Source of the DNA: an uncultured Gemmatimonadales bacterium
GTDB lineage: Bacteria > Gemmatimonadota > Gemmatimonadetes > Gemmatimonadales > Gemmatimonadaceae
Length of the DNA stretch: 64,000 bases
Reading direction: 5' to 3'
Assembly (NCBI GenBank): GCA_963701965.1
Contig: OY969695.1
Coordinates: 2,816,001 to 2,880,000, forward strand
Shown: piece by piece, positions 1 to 9,839 of the stretch
Position numbering within the stretch: the stretch's first letter is position 1
Layout: each line of letters opens with the position of its first letter
Made by a program: the position numbers and the translations under genes
The notes under the pieces: generated by a model
Databases searched by the model: none
The model's input: only the letters and a program-made list of their open reading frames with translations
Told to the model about the DNA's origin: nothing

Positions 1-2
1 TC

Positions 3-500
3 GACACGGACAGCAACTATCTCGTGTCGTTCCGCGATTTTGACGCCGTCGACAAGATCGACCGGAACACCGGGAACGTCATCTGGCAGCTCGGGGGCGT
101 GAAGAGCAGCTTCACGTTCAAGAATGATCCATTCGGCTCATTCAGCGGCCAGCACTTCGCGCGCCGCATCGCGAATGGGCATATCCTGCTCTACGACGAT
201 GGCACCCGGCATTCGCCGCAAACATCCCGCGCGGTCGAGTATGCGCTGGATACCGTGGCGCACACGGCGACCATGGTCTGGCAATACCTGCCCCAGCCCG
301 CGGTGTTCACCGCGATCGTCGGGTCCGTGGTCCGGCTGGCGAACGGCAACACCGTCGTGGGGTTTGCGTTCGCCTCGCAGATCGACGAGGTCGGACCGAA
401 CGGCAATCTCCTGGCACGAGGCAAGTTCTCATTCTCGGGCGCCAAGGAGTTCTATCGGGCCCTTCGCCTGCCGTCCCTCTACCGGTACGAGACGCCCTGA
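3..500 (+). CDS. Aryl-sulfate sulfotransferase (ASST)-like protein, C-terminal part (5' truncated by window)
   Basis: Frame is open from base 3 ([11 protein letters not shown]). Motifs [43 protein letters not shown] and [11 protein letters not shown] are typical of ASST-family propellers. Confidence 0.75.
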   Translation, partial: DTDSNYLVSFRDFDAVDKIDRNTGNVIWQLGGVKSSFTFKNDPFGSFSGQHFARRIANGHILLYDDGTRHSPQTSRAVEYALDTVAHTATMVWQYLPQPAVFTAIVGSVVRLANGNTVVGFAFASQIDEVGPNGNLLARGKFSFSGAKEFYRALRLPSLYRYETP

Positions 501-781
501 AGCTCGGCGAGGACCGTGCGCAGGTGGCGCGGCCACACGTGGGTCGCGTAGCGAAAGAAGTTGGATCGGGCCTCGGGGTGCGCCGCGAGAAATGCTGACA
601 AGCGCGCGTGCCCCTTGGCCCGATTGCACGCGCGGCAGGCGGTGACGAGGTTACCACCGCTCCGGTCGCCGCCGCGCACGCGTGGCTGCACGTGGTCCGT
701 CGTGAGATCCTCTGCCGCGAAGACCACGCCGCAGTACACGCAGCGGTAGGCATCGCGATCGAAGACCTCGTCGCGGGTCAC
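479..781 (-). CDS. HNH endonuclease (small, McrA-like)
   Basis: [13 protein letters not shown]...[30 protein letters not shown] has two CxxC and the DH...N...N HNH motif. Confidence 0.9.
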   Translation of the reverse strand: MTRDEVFDRDAYRCVYCGVVFAAEDLTTDHVQPRVRGGDRSGGNLVTACRACNRAKGHARLSAFLAAHPEARSNFFRYATHVWPRHLRTVLAELQGVSYR

Positions 782-791
782 CGCCGCGCGA

Positions 792-2225
792 TCACTGGAC
801 TGAGCCGGTCGACGCCGTGGCCAGCGCGCGGATCGCGACTTTGGCGCCCGGCGTGAGCCGCGACTGACCGTCGGTGACCACTTTCTCGCCTTCGGCCAGA
901 CCCTTGCCGATCACGCAGATGTTGTCCGCCTGACGCTGCACGACGACCGGCCGTTGCCGCGCCGTGCCTGCCTGGTCGACGACGAAGACGTAGGTTCCGG
1001 TCTGCCCCGTCATGATCGCTTGTTGCGGGACGACCAACGCATCCTGCTGGATGTAGAGACGCAGCGTCGTCGCCACGTATTCGCCCGGCCACAGCTCGCT
1101 GTGCGGATTGGGGAAGGTGCCCTTGAGCAGCACGGTGCCCGTCACCGTATCGACGGCGTTGTTCACGAACGACAGCGTGCCCGACGTCATCGGCACATTG
1201 ACCGTGACGTTGCTGCCGCCCGGCGAGCCCGCGCCGTAGCCACTGGCGGGCGGACCGCCGGCGGCGGCTCCGCCACCGGATCGGGGGGCGGCGGAGGAGG
1301 ACGCGCTGGCCGTGGCGCCGGCGCTCGTGGCCGCCGGACGGCTCGGCGGACCGTGGGATCGACGCGAGCCGGCGGCCGGCGCCGAGGCGGCATCGCTGCC
1401 CGGGGTGTCGGGAGCGTTGGACAGCGCGGGGTCATTGGATTCGCCGATCGTCGTGCCCGGCGGCGCATCGGTCTGCGGATCTTGCGGGACGTTCGCCGAC
1501 GGCGGGGCCGAACTCGCGGTCGGGGACACGGTGACGGGCAAGGAGCCCGTGGCGCTGTACTTCTGGATATCCGGCAGATTCGTGGCCGGTACCGCGAACT
1601 GCACCAGGATCGGGTGCATCTGATTGATCACGACCAGCGGCGTGCCCGACGCGGCGTGCACGAGATTCCCCGTCCGGACGAGCAGTCCTCCGGTCCGGCC
1701 GCCGATCGGCGCCCGGATCGTCGTGTTGTCGAGATTGAATTTCGCGTTCGCCATGAGCGCCGAGTCGGCGATGACCGTGCCCTGGGCCGATCCCGCGGTG
1801 GCGCGGATCTGATCGACTTGCTCCTGCGTCACGTAATCCTTCTTGACCAACTGCTCGTAGCGCTCCACTTCCTTGACCGCATCGACCAACGTCGCGTGAT
1901 CGCGCGCCAGGTTGGCGACGGCTTGCTGATACGCCGCCCGGTACGGGATGGGATCGATCTGGAACAGCGTCTGTCCCTTCGCGACATCCTGCCCTTCCTG
2001 GAACGCCACGTTCACGATGATCCCATCGACCTGGGTCGCCACCGCCGCCGTTTGCATCGGGTAGACCGTGCCGTTGGCGCTGATGGTGTACGGCACGGCC
2101 GCGCGCTTCACGGTCGTTACCGCGACGGGCACGGCGGCCTGCGGGGGTCGCTGCTTCTTCGGCTTGCAACCGGTGGCGACGACGGCAAATGCCAGAGTCG
2201 CGCCAAGAACGTGCACTTTCATCAT
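792..2225 (-). CDS. RND efflux periplasmic adaptor (MdtA/MFP family lipoprotein) with long low-complexity insertion
   Basis: Lipobox (VVATGC), [62 protein letters not shown] and [12 protein letters not shown]. Confidence 0.9.
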   Translation of the reverse strand: MMKVHVLGATLAFAVVATGCKPKKQRPPQAAVPVAVTTVKRAAVPYTISANGTVYPMQTAAVATQVDGIIVNVAFQEGQDVAKGQTLFQIDPIPYRAAYQQAVANLARDHATLVDAVKEVERYEQLVKKDYVTQEQVDQIRATAGSAQGTVIADSALMANAKFNLDNTTIRAPIGGRTGGLLVRTGNLVHAASGTPLVVINQMHPILVQFAVPATNLPDIQKYSATGSLPVTVSPTASSAPPSANVPQDPQTDAPPGTTIGESNDPALSNAPDTPGSDAASAPAAGSRRSHGPPSRPAATSAGATASASSSAAPRSGGGAAAGGPPASGYGAGSPGGSNVTVNVPMTSGTLSFVNNAVDTVTGTVLLKGTFPNPHSELWPGEYVATTLRLYIQQDALVVPQQAIMTGQTGTYVFVVDQAGTARQRPVVVQRQADNICVIGKGLAEGEKVVTDGQSRLTPGAKVAIRALATASTGSVQ

Positions 2226-3724
2226 CGGGAAGGGTGGCTCGTCGAGTCCGACGTGAGCTGGAGCGGCATTTCGCCGTGGAGGCCGATCACGCCGGCATCA
2301 TGCGAAAGTTGCGCGAGGTCCGAGTACCACGTCCAGCGCGCTTGGGCTTCTTGTGAACGCGCGGTCGCGAGCGCGGCCTCGGCCGTGAGCAGATCGAGAA
2401 TGGCGCCGACGCCTTGCTTGTACTTGCCCAACGCCACGTCGTAGTTCTGCTGGGCGCTGGCCAAAAGGTCCTGCGAGGATTTCACCTGCGCGGTCGCCGT
2501 GCGCAGGTTGTAGTACGACGTGAAGACCTGATACACCACCTGGTCGCGTTGGAACTCGGCGTTGGCGATCGCTGCCTGAGCCTGCTCTTTGGCTTGCAGA
2601 ATGTCATAGGCATTCGTAAACCCGGAGAAGATCGGGATCGACACGCCGATCTGCGCGGACCAGGTGTTGCCGTCGAGCGATGACTGATCGGCGTACGTGT
2701 GGCTGGCCGTGCCGCCCAGCGTCAGCTGGGGCAGCCAGTTGCCGCGCACGACTTGAATGTTCGCCTGCGCTTCGCGCGCCGACGCGCGGAACGATGCGAG
2801 GTCGGGCCGCCGGCCCACCGCTTGGGCGACCAGCGAATCGACCGTGACCGCGATCGACTGGATCGGCACGTTGGGCGGTTCCGGTGCGATGTCATACGGT
2901 ACGTTGGCGGGGAATCCAATGGCGACGGCCAACCCCCCGCGCGTCGTCTGCACCGCGCCCTCGTCGCCCTCCAACGTGAACACGGCTTGCGAGTACGTCG
3001 TCTGGGCCTGCAAGACGTCGGAGATCGTGGCGACGCCCGCGTCGTGACGCTCCTTCGCCGCCTCCAAGCTCACGCTGTCCTCGCGGACCGTCTCCCGCTG
3101 CCCGTCGCGCACCGCTTTGGCCGCGTTGTAATTGCAGTACGATTGGACGATCGTGAGGACCGTCTGTTGGACCGTCGCGTTGTGCGTGTACGAGGCGGAG
3201 AACGCGGCCTGCCGCGCTGCCTCGATGGAGCCAAACCGCCCGAAGTCGAACAGCAGCCACGACGCCGACACGCTGGGTGTGAAGAACGAACGGGTCCGGC
3301 CGCCACTGACAGCGATCCCGGCGCCGCCGCTCGTCACCGACAATGTGCCGCTCAATGACGATCCGGTGCGTTCGGCCGTGCCGTCGGCCGTGATCTGCGG
3401 GAGATACTTGCCAAAAGCGGCGCCCACCGTCGCGCCCGCCGCGCGCGCCGTCGCGTAGGACGCGCGTGTTTGCGGATTGTTGAGCAAGCCAATGTCCACC
3501 ACGTCCGGGAGCGTCAATCGCTGGACGCGGTCCTGGATGTCCGGCGGCACGACCTGGCGCGGCAGCGTGTCTCGCACAATGGCGCGCGCCGGTGGCGTCC
3601 AAAACTGATTCGGCGCCTGCGGAGCACTGGGCTTTCCGCCGACGTCGGGAGGGTTATGGATACAGGCGGCGGCGCCGCCGATAAGGACCAATACCGCGGC
3701 CCGTGCGGCTCGCGCCGATCTCAT
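2222..3724 (-). CDS. TolC-family outer membrane efflux protein (lipoprotein)
   Basis: Two OEP repeats (LTLPDVVDIGLLNNP, YLPQIT, RRPDL, WLPQLTL, YKQGVGAILDLLTAE). ATGA overlap with the MFP. Start placed at ATG 3724, behind a TATTGT -10 box. Confidence 0.9.
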   Translation of the reverse strand: MRSARAARAAVLVLIGGAAACIHNPPDVGGKPSAPQAPNQFWTPPARAIVRDTLPRQVVPPDIQDRVQRLTLPDVVDIGLLNNPQTRASYATARAAGATVGAAFGKYLPQITADGTAERTGSSLSGTLSVTSGGAGIAVSGGRTRSFFTPSVSASWLLFDFGRFGSIEAARQAAFSASYTHNATVQQTVLTIVQSYCNYNAAKAVRDGQRETVREDSVSLEAAKERHDAGVATISDVLQAQTTYSQAVFTLEGDEGAVQTTRGGLAVAIGFPANVPYDIAPEPPNVPIQSIAVTVDSLVAQAVGRRPDLASFRASAREAQANIQVVRGNWLPQLTLGGTASHTYADQSSLDGNTWSAQIGVSIPIFSGFTNAYDILQAKEQAQAAIANAEFQRDQVVYQVFTSYYNLRTATAQVKSSQDLLASAQQNYDVALGKYKQGVGAILDLLTAEAALATARSQEAQARWTWYSDLAQLSHDAGVIGLHGEMPLQLTSDSTSHPSR

Positions 3725-3760
3725 ATTCGACAATACGGATGAGGTCCCGATTTCGCTGGG

Positions 3761-5461
3761 CTACTTTTGCGCGCGCAGCTCATCAGCCGCGCTCAGAGCG
3801 TAGCCGATTTCCTTGGACAAAGCCTTCGCCTGTTCGGTTGCGCTGGTGACGGTTCCGATGCCGGCATCCACTCCGGCCGACCGCAACCGTAGCAAATCGA
3901 GCGCCAGGTTCTGCAGGGCGAGCGACGCCCGTTCCATCTGGCCCAAAAGTTCCTGACGTGGTACGGCTAGTTGGGATCGTTGTGTTTCAGGCGTCTCGAC
4001 GTCGATCCGGTGCAGCGCGGTGGCCAGGGACGCGATCTGATCCACCAACGCGTCGGCGGTCGGTAGGACGTCGGGGATCGCCCCACCTTTGGGTGTAATG
4101 GTCTTGAGGCGGTCGATATGATCCAGCACCGCCGCATGGTCGCCTGTGGCGCGGCGGACCGCGGGACCGTACGGGCCGGCCAACACCTCCGGCGCGACGA
4201 GCCGTGACGCCACACGTTGGCCCGAAGGCAACTTCCCGCGCAACCCCAGGTGCCCGCCGCGCAGCATGGCGACAGGGTTCACTCCGTCCGCCCACAGCGA
4301 GCCCGCGCTTCGCACCAGGCCGAAACCCCACCAGATCGTCACCCAGGGGAACCGAATGTCGCCCATGTGGTGGATGCCCGCCATGACATTGATGGTTGCC
4401 ATGACGGCGTTGAAGCCCAACCACGATACCGTGGCCCGCCGAAAGCGGTTGACGCGGAGTTCCAGGCCTTCGGGATCGGTCCGGTCCCGAAGGCGGACGG
4501 GCTTCTCGATCGTCGCCGCCAGTTCCCGCAGTCGGGCGGCATTTTGGAGCGTGGCCGCCACGTTGGTCATCGGCGGCGGTGGCGGCGTGGGCGCGGCCGG
4601 CGGCGGGGATCCCGCTGGGGCATCTAGGGCTTGGACGACCGCTTGCGCGTCCTGAAAGCGGTCCCCGGGGTTTTTTTCCAGGAGCCGCATGATGATCGCC
4701 GCGAGGTCCGCGGGCACGTCCCCGCGCACGTCCCGCAACGGGCGCGGCCGCTCGGTCAGGTGCTTCACGAGCAGCGCGGCGGTGTTTGTGCCCGCGAACG
4801 GCGGCGTCCCGGCCAGCGCGTAGTACATCACGACGCCGAGCGAGTACAGGTCGCTGCGGCCGTCGACCGCCCGCTCGCCGGTACACTGCTCGGGTGACAT
4901 GTAGGCCGGGGTGCCGATCGCCACGCCCGTCGCCGTGAGCTTGGTGCCGGTCGTATCGTCCGCCGCGCGCGCGATCCCAAAGTCCGTCACCACGGCGCGC
5001 CCGTCGTCCAATGCGATCAAGATGTTGTCGGGCTTGATGTCCCGATGGATCACTCCCCGCGCATGGGCGTAGGCCAGCGCGTCGGCCACCTGGCGCAAGA
5101 TGGTGCGCGCCTCGGACACCGCGAGCCGGCCGCGCGCGGTGATACGGGCGCCCAGGGTCTCTCCATCGATGAACGCCATGATGAAGTAGACCAGGTTCTC
5201 TTTTTCGTCGACCGTGTAGATGGGGACGATGTTCGGGTGCGAGAGCTGCGCGGCCATCTCGGCTTCGCGCAGAAACCGGGACCGGATCTCGTCGCGATAC
5301 GCCAGTTCCGGGGGCAGGAGCTTGACGGCGACGGTGCGCTTGAGGCGCACGTCCTTGGCGCGATAGACGATCCCCATTCCGCCGCGGCCCACCTCGTCCT
5401 CGAGCACGAAGCCCGGGGCGAGCACGTGCTCCAGACGTTCTTTGAGGGCAGGATCTTTCAT
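3761..5461 (-). CDS. Hanks-type Ser/Thr protein kinase with C-terminal 2TM and helical region
   Basis: GRGGMG, AVK, HRDIKPDN, DFG, GTPAYMSPE and DLYSLG, followed by a Pro-rich linker and two hydrophobic segments. Confidence 0.95.
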   Translation of the reverse strand: MKDPALKERLEHVLAPGFVLEDEVGRGGMGIVYRAKDVRLKRTVAVKLLPPELAYRDEIRSRFLREAEMAAQLSHPNIVPIYTVDEKENLVYFIMAFIDGETLGARITARGRLAVSEARTILRQVADALAYAHARGVIHRDIKPDNILIALDDGRAVVTDFGIARAADDTTGTKLTATGVAIGTPAYMSPEQCTGERAVDGRSDLYSLGVVMYYALAGTPPFAGTNTAALLVKHLTERPRPLRDVRGDVPADLAAIIMRLLEKNPGDRFQDAQAVVQALDAPAGSPPPAAPTPPPPPMTNVAATLQNAARLRELAATIEKPVRLRDRTDPEGLELRVNRFRRATVSWLGFNAVMATINVMAGIHHMGDIRFPWVTIWWGFGLVRSAGSLWADGVNPVAMLRGGHLGLRGKLPSGQRVASRLVAPEVLAGPYGPAVRRATGDHAAVLDHIDRLKTITPKGGAIPDVLPTADALVDQIASLATALHRIDVETPETQRSQLAVPRQELLGQMERASLALQNLALDLLRLRSAGVDAGIGTVTSATEQAKALSKEIGYALSAADELRAQK

Positions 5462-5535
5462 TGCGACCGGGGACGGGGCGTGACGAGCGCCGGCGGGCCA
5501 GCGTCGTATTGCAAAACTAACGGTCGACGGTTCCG

Positions 5536-6624
5536 GTGTCTCCTTCTCGTCAGCACCTCATCGCGGGGCTCGCAGGGTCCACGCTCGTCCTCGGGCTCGC
5601 GGGGTTCGCGGTGTGGCACCGGGCCAACGGCGGCGCCGAGCGACCGTTGAGCGGCATTGTCGGTTCCTTTCGGGACCACGCCGGCACACGGCTGGCCTAT
5701 TATCTGGACGCCGACGCGTTGAGCCAGCAAGTGGCCGACGTCGGTCTCGATTTCCTCATCGCGCAGCACAACCGGTCGGCGCTGGCGGCGGTACTGGGCG
5801 AGGTCCCGTCGGCCGAACGCGAGGGCCCGGACAGCGCCGCCCGCATCCTGGCCCTCAAGTCCGCGATGGCCGAGCGCGGCGCGCGCGGCATTTCGGTGGC
5901 GATGACGTCGGGGACGGCGGATAGCGCCAATGTCCTGGAGCGGGTGACGGCCGCGTTCAGCGCCCTGCCGCCGCTCGACGTCATACTCGCCGGCGATCAT
6001 CTCGATCTGGTCGACGTGGGCGGCGTATCGGGGCAGAAGCAGGATCGCGTGATCGTGCTCGCGTTGCGCGACCGCGAGCTGCATCTCCCGGTCGACATCG
6101 GGGTCGCGATCCACCATGAGGACACGCAATGGCGCGTCGTGGGAGTCGACCGCCTGGATCGGACCCTGGGCGCGATCGACAACGCGCAGCTGGAGCGCTT
6201 GGCCGTCGCCAACCGGCCGATCGAAGAACGGTTGGCCGATGCCCTCGGCGTCGGCGCTCCCCAAGTCACGCGCGTCGCCCACGGCCGGCGGCGCACCGAC
6301 ATGCAACTCGCGGTCCGGCTGGAGAATCGGTCGACGGCGACGATCGACGCCCTCGACCTCGCGCTGTCGACCCGGGCGTCCGATGACGAGCACGCCGAGG
6401 TGTTGCACGTCGATGGGCCGATTCCGCCGGGACGGGCGGTCATGGCCAATTGGCAATTCGACGAGACGCGGCGGCAGACCAGCCACACCGCGGCGCTCCT
6501 GATGCATCCCGATGACCTCACGATGCGCGCCCGCCGGGTCGTGCTCGACTCGGCGGGCGTTGCCGACACGGTGCGCTTGCTCAGATCGTACCGGGATCTG
6601 CGCAAGCGGGGCGCCGAGCCTTAG
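5536..6624 (+). CDS. Hypothetical membrane-anchored protein (possibly DUF2939-like N-terminus)
   Basis: 362-aa ORF with an N-terminal TM. It fills the gap between two minus-strand genes. The LAYYLDADAL segment resembles DUF2939. Confidence 0.55.
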   Translation: MSPSRQHLIAGLAGSTLVLGLAGFAVWHRANGGAERPLSGIVGSFRDHAGTRLAYYLDADALSQQVADVGLDFLIAQHNRSALAAVLGEVPSAEREGPDSAARILALKSAMAERGARGISVAMTSGTADSANVLERVTAAFSALPPLDVILAGDHLDLVDVGGVSGQKQDRVIVLALRDRELHLPVDIGVAIHHEDTQWRVVGVDRLDRTLGAIDNAQLERLAVANRPIEERLADALGVGAPQVTRVAHGRRRTDMQLAVRLENRSTATIDALDLALSTRASDDEHAEVLHVDGPIPPGRAVMANWQFDETRRQTSHTAALLMHPDDLTMRARRVVLDSAGVADTVRLLRSYRDLRKRGAEP

Positions 6625-6634
6625 GCGCCAGGCC

Positions 6635-6988
6635 TTAGCCCGGCGGGATCTGGAGCTCGACGTCGTCTCCGGCCGTCACGCTGATCGACTGGGAGACGGG
6701 CGACCGATTGCCCCCGATCGGGCTGCACAGAAAGCGCAGCGTCGTCGGGATGTTCACCAGAAACGCGGGAATCTTCATCGTCGACGTGCTGTTTCCGGTC
6801 GACGTGCCGAGGCGGATCCGGCTCCCGCCCTGCGGCAGGACGTAGATGTCCATGTCGACAAAGCCCTGATTGGCGACCGTGAGCGTCGTCTCCGGTTGCG
6901 CCTCCTGCGGTTGCATGTCCGGCTCACCGCTCTTGCCGGAGTGACACGCCAGCGCCAACGCGAGGATTGGGACGAATCGAGTGCGCAT
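6635..6988 (-). CDS. Small hypothetical lipoprotein
   Basis: Lipobox LALAC followed by a short beta-rich domain (TLTVANQGFVDMDIYV...RIRLG). Confidence 0.75.
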   Translation of the reverse strand: MRTRFVPILALALACHSGKSGEPDMQPQEAQPETTLTVANQGFVDMDIYVLPQGGSRIRLGTSTGNSTSTMKIPAFLVNIPTTLRFLCSPIGGNRSPVSQSISVTAGDDVELQIPPG

Positions 6989-7051
6989 GACGCCTAATAC
7001 TCGCCTGGCCGGGGATCGTGCCGCCTTCGCCCGAGTGGTCGTCTGTATTCA

Positions 7052-9838
7052 ATGGCTCAGGTTGATTGCCCCGACGAACGTTTCGACCGTGTGACCCGGC
7101 TGGCCGCGCGCATCTTGCGGGCGCCAGTCGTGTTGTTTTCGCTCGTCAATGGCGACCGTCAGGTGTGCAAGAGCGCGGTGGGCCTCGCCCCATCGCGCGT
7201 GGCGCGCCAAACGCCGCTGGCCGAGTCCCTGGGCCATCACGTCGTGCAGTGCGGCCACGCGTTGGTCGTGCGCGATGTGCGCCTCCATCCGACCCTGGCC
7301 GACCATCCGGCCATCCGGGACCTGAACGCGGCGGCCATCGCCGGCGTCCCGGTCCGCGCCATGAACGGCGAGTTGCTGGGAACGTTCTGTGTCATCGACA
7401 CGGTGCCCCGGGATTGGACCGCGGACGACGTGGCGGTACTCGAGGACATGAGCGTCAGCGTCGGGACCCAAGTCGAACTGCGGCGGGAGATCGCGGCCCG
7501 GGAACGGGTGGCCCGGGAGCTGGGCGCGGCGCGCGAACAGCTCCAAGACTATTTGGAGAACATTCCGGTGCTCGTGCAGCTGGCGACACCGGATGGCCGG
7601 CTCTTCTTCGTGAACCGCACCTGGCGTCAGACGCTGCGATACGCCGAGTCCGACGTGGCGCGCCTCTGCGCCGGCGACGTCATCTCGCCGGATCATCGAG
7701 CGGCCTATCTCGACGCCGTGCGCCGTGTGCTGGCAGGCGAATCGGTGCCGGCGTTCGACACGGTGTTTCTCGATGCCGGCGGCCAACGGCTCGTAATGCG
7801 CGCCATGGTGAGCGCGCGGTTCGAGGATGGCGAGGCGGTCGCCGTCCGTGGGACGTTCGAGGACGTCACCCTGCAGCGCGGCAACGACGAAGCGCAGGCA
7901 CGGCTGGTGCAAGTGCTCGACGCGACGACCGACTTCGTCGGGATCGCGACCATGGATGGCCGGGCCGTCTACATCAATCGCGCGGGGCGGGCGCTGATCG
8001 GCGTCGGCGAGCACGAGGATGTCTCCGCGCTTCGCATGAGCTCCGTGTACACGCTGGCGGCGCGGCAAAGGGTGCTGTCGAGCGGCGTGCCGGCTGCCCT
8101 GCGCGATGGCACCTGGGAAGGCGAGTCGGCGATCCGGCGCCGCGACGGTCGCGAGATCCCGGTCTCGCAAGTCATCGTCGCTCATGAGTCGGCGCAGAGC
8201 GGCGTGTGGTACTTCTCGACCATCATGCGCGACATCAGTGATCAGAAGCGCACCGAAGATGAATTCCGGTTGTTGCAATCCCTGACGGAAGCCATTGGCG
8301 ACGCGGAAGATCTGCACGTCGCGCTGGTGATCGCGCTCGACCGGTTGTGTCAGGTGACGGGGTGGCCCTACGCCGAGGTGTGGGTGCCGGACGAAAGCGG
8401 GACGGTGCTCACCTTGGGCCCCGTCTGGTGCCAGCCGTCGCCGCCCCTGGTCGCCTATGCGCGCGCCAGTCAGAAGCACGTGTATGCGCGCGGGGTGGGT
8501 CTACCGGGCGGCGTCTGGGCGACGGGACGGCCGTCCTGGGTGCGCGATGTGGGGACGGACGAGAGCTTGCCGCGGGCCCAGATGTCCCTGGCCGCGGGCC
8601 TCAAGGCGACCGTCGGCGTCCCGGTGATGGCCGACGGGGAGTTGGTGGCCGTCTTGGCGTTCGGCATGGCCGAGTTGACCGACGAGCAGGAGTACCAACT
8701 GCGGTTGGTCTCCGTGGTCGCGGCGCAGCTGGGCGGCATGATGCGGCGGAAACAGGCCGAGGATGCGCGCCGCGCCAGTGAGGAGCGCTTCCGGCGGTTG
8801 GCCATGGCGTCCAACGACGGCATCGTCATCTCGCGGAATGGGCGCTTCCTCGAGGTGAACGCCGCGTGGTCGCGCATGAGCGGCTATCCCGAAGGGGAGC
8901 TGCCGGACATCCCGATCGGCGAACACGTGGCCGACGAGGATCGGGCCGAGGTGCTGCATCGGGCGGGGCGCAACGTCGAAGGGACGTACTACGCGACGAT
9001 CAAGCGTCTGGATGGGACGATGTTCGAGGCCGAGATCACGGCCAAGTCCATCATCTATGAGGGCGCGCCGGCGCGCATCGCGGTCATGCGGGACGTCACG
9101 GCGTGGCGGCGGGTGGATCGCATGAAGAGCGAGTTCGTGTCCACGGTGTCGCACGAGCTCCGGACGCCTCTCACGTCGATTCGGGGCGCGATCGGGCTGC
9201 TGGAGGGTGGCATTACCGGCGAGATGGCGCCCAAAGCGCTCGATCTCCTGCGCATGGCCCGCGAGAATACCGACCGGCTGATCCGCCTCATCAACGAGCT
9301 CCTGGATCTCGACAAGATCGAGGCGGGCAAGTTGGAGCTTCGGTGGACCACGCTCATGCCGGCGGACATCGTGCGGACCACACTCAATGGCATCGCGGCC
9401 ATGGCCGACGAGTACAAGGTGCGGTTGGTGGAGCGGGTCGAAGCCCACCGGACGTTCGCGGCGGACCGCGATCGCATCATTCAGGTGCTCACCAACCTCG
9501 TGTCGAACGCGATCAAATTCTCGGACATGGATTCGGCCATCGAGATCGAGGCCACGGCGGCGCCTTCGGTCGTGCGCTTCGCCGTGCACAACGCCGGGGC
9601 GGGCATCTCGGCGGCGGATCGGGCGCGGTTGTTCGCCAAGTTCCAACAGCTCGACGCCGGCGACAACCGGCGTCGGGGCGGCACCGGTCTGGGGCTCGCC
9701 ATCTCCAAGGCGATCGTCGAGCAGCACGGCGGGCGCATCGGCGTCGAATCCGAACTGAACGCCAAGACCACGTTCTGGTTCGAGCTGCCGCTCACGCGCC
9801 CGACGACGGTGTCTCAGGCCATCACCGTCGCGACGTAG
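7052..9838 (+). CDS. Cytoplasmic sensor histidine kinase (GAF-PAS-PAS-GAF-PAS-HisKA-HATPase)
   Basis: GTFCVIDTVPR (GAF), three PAS repeats, GVGLPGGVW (GAF), EFVSTVSHELRTPL (H-box), NLVSNAIKF (N-box) and GGTGLGLAI (G2). Confidence 0.95.
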   Translation: MAQVDCPDERFDRVTRLAARILRAPVVLFSLVNGDRQVCKSAVGLAPSRVARQTPLAESLGHHVVQCGHALVVRDVRLHPTLADHPAIRDLNAAAIAGVPVRAMNGELLGTFCVIDTVPRDWTADDVAVLEDMSVSVGTQVELRREIAARERVARELGAAREQLQDYLENIPVLVQLATPDGRLFFVNRTWRQTLRYAESDVARLCAGDVISPDHRAAYLDAVRRVLAGESVPAFDTVFLDAGGQRLVMRAMVSARFEDGEAVAVRGTFEDVTLQRGNDEAQARLVQVLDATTDFVGIATMDGRAVYINRAGRALIGVGEHEDVSALRMSSVYTLAARQRVLSSGVPAALRDGTWEGESAIRRRDGREIPVSQVIVAHESAQSGVWYFSTIMRDISDQKRTEDEFRLLQSLTEAIGDAEDLHVALVIALDRLCQVTGWPYAEVWVPDESGTVLTLGPVWCQPSPPLVAYARASQKHVYARGVGLPGGVWATGRPSWVRDVGTDESLPRAQMSLAAGLKATVGVPVMADGELVAVLAFGMAELTDEQEYQLRLVSVVAAQLGGMMRRKQAEDARRASEERFRRLAMASNDGIVISRNGRFLEVNAAWSRMSGYPEGELPDIPIGEHVADEDRAEVLHRAGRNVEGTYYATIKRLDGTMFEAEITAKSIIYEGAPARIAVMRDVTAWRRVDRMKSEFVSTVSHELRTPLTSIRGAIGLLEGGITGEMAPKALDLLRMARENTDRLIRLINELLDLDKIEAGKLELRWTTLMPADIVRTTLNGIAAMADEYKVRLVERVEAHRTFAADRDRIIQVLTNLVSNAIKFSDMDSAIEIEATAAPSVVRFAVHNAGAGISAADRARLFAKFQQLDAGDNRRRGGTGLGLAISKAIVEQHGGRIGVESELNAKTTFWFELPLTRPTTVSQAITVAT

Positions 9839-9839
9839 A

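Noticed and set aside
479..781. HNH as a homing endonuclease, intron or defence island
   Set aside because: No intron/intein context, terminal repeats or neighbouring defence genes. Small stand-alone HNH genes are common.
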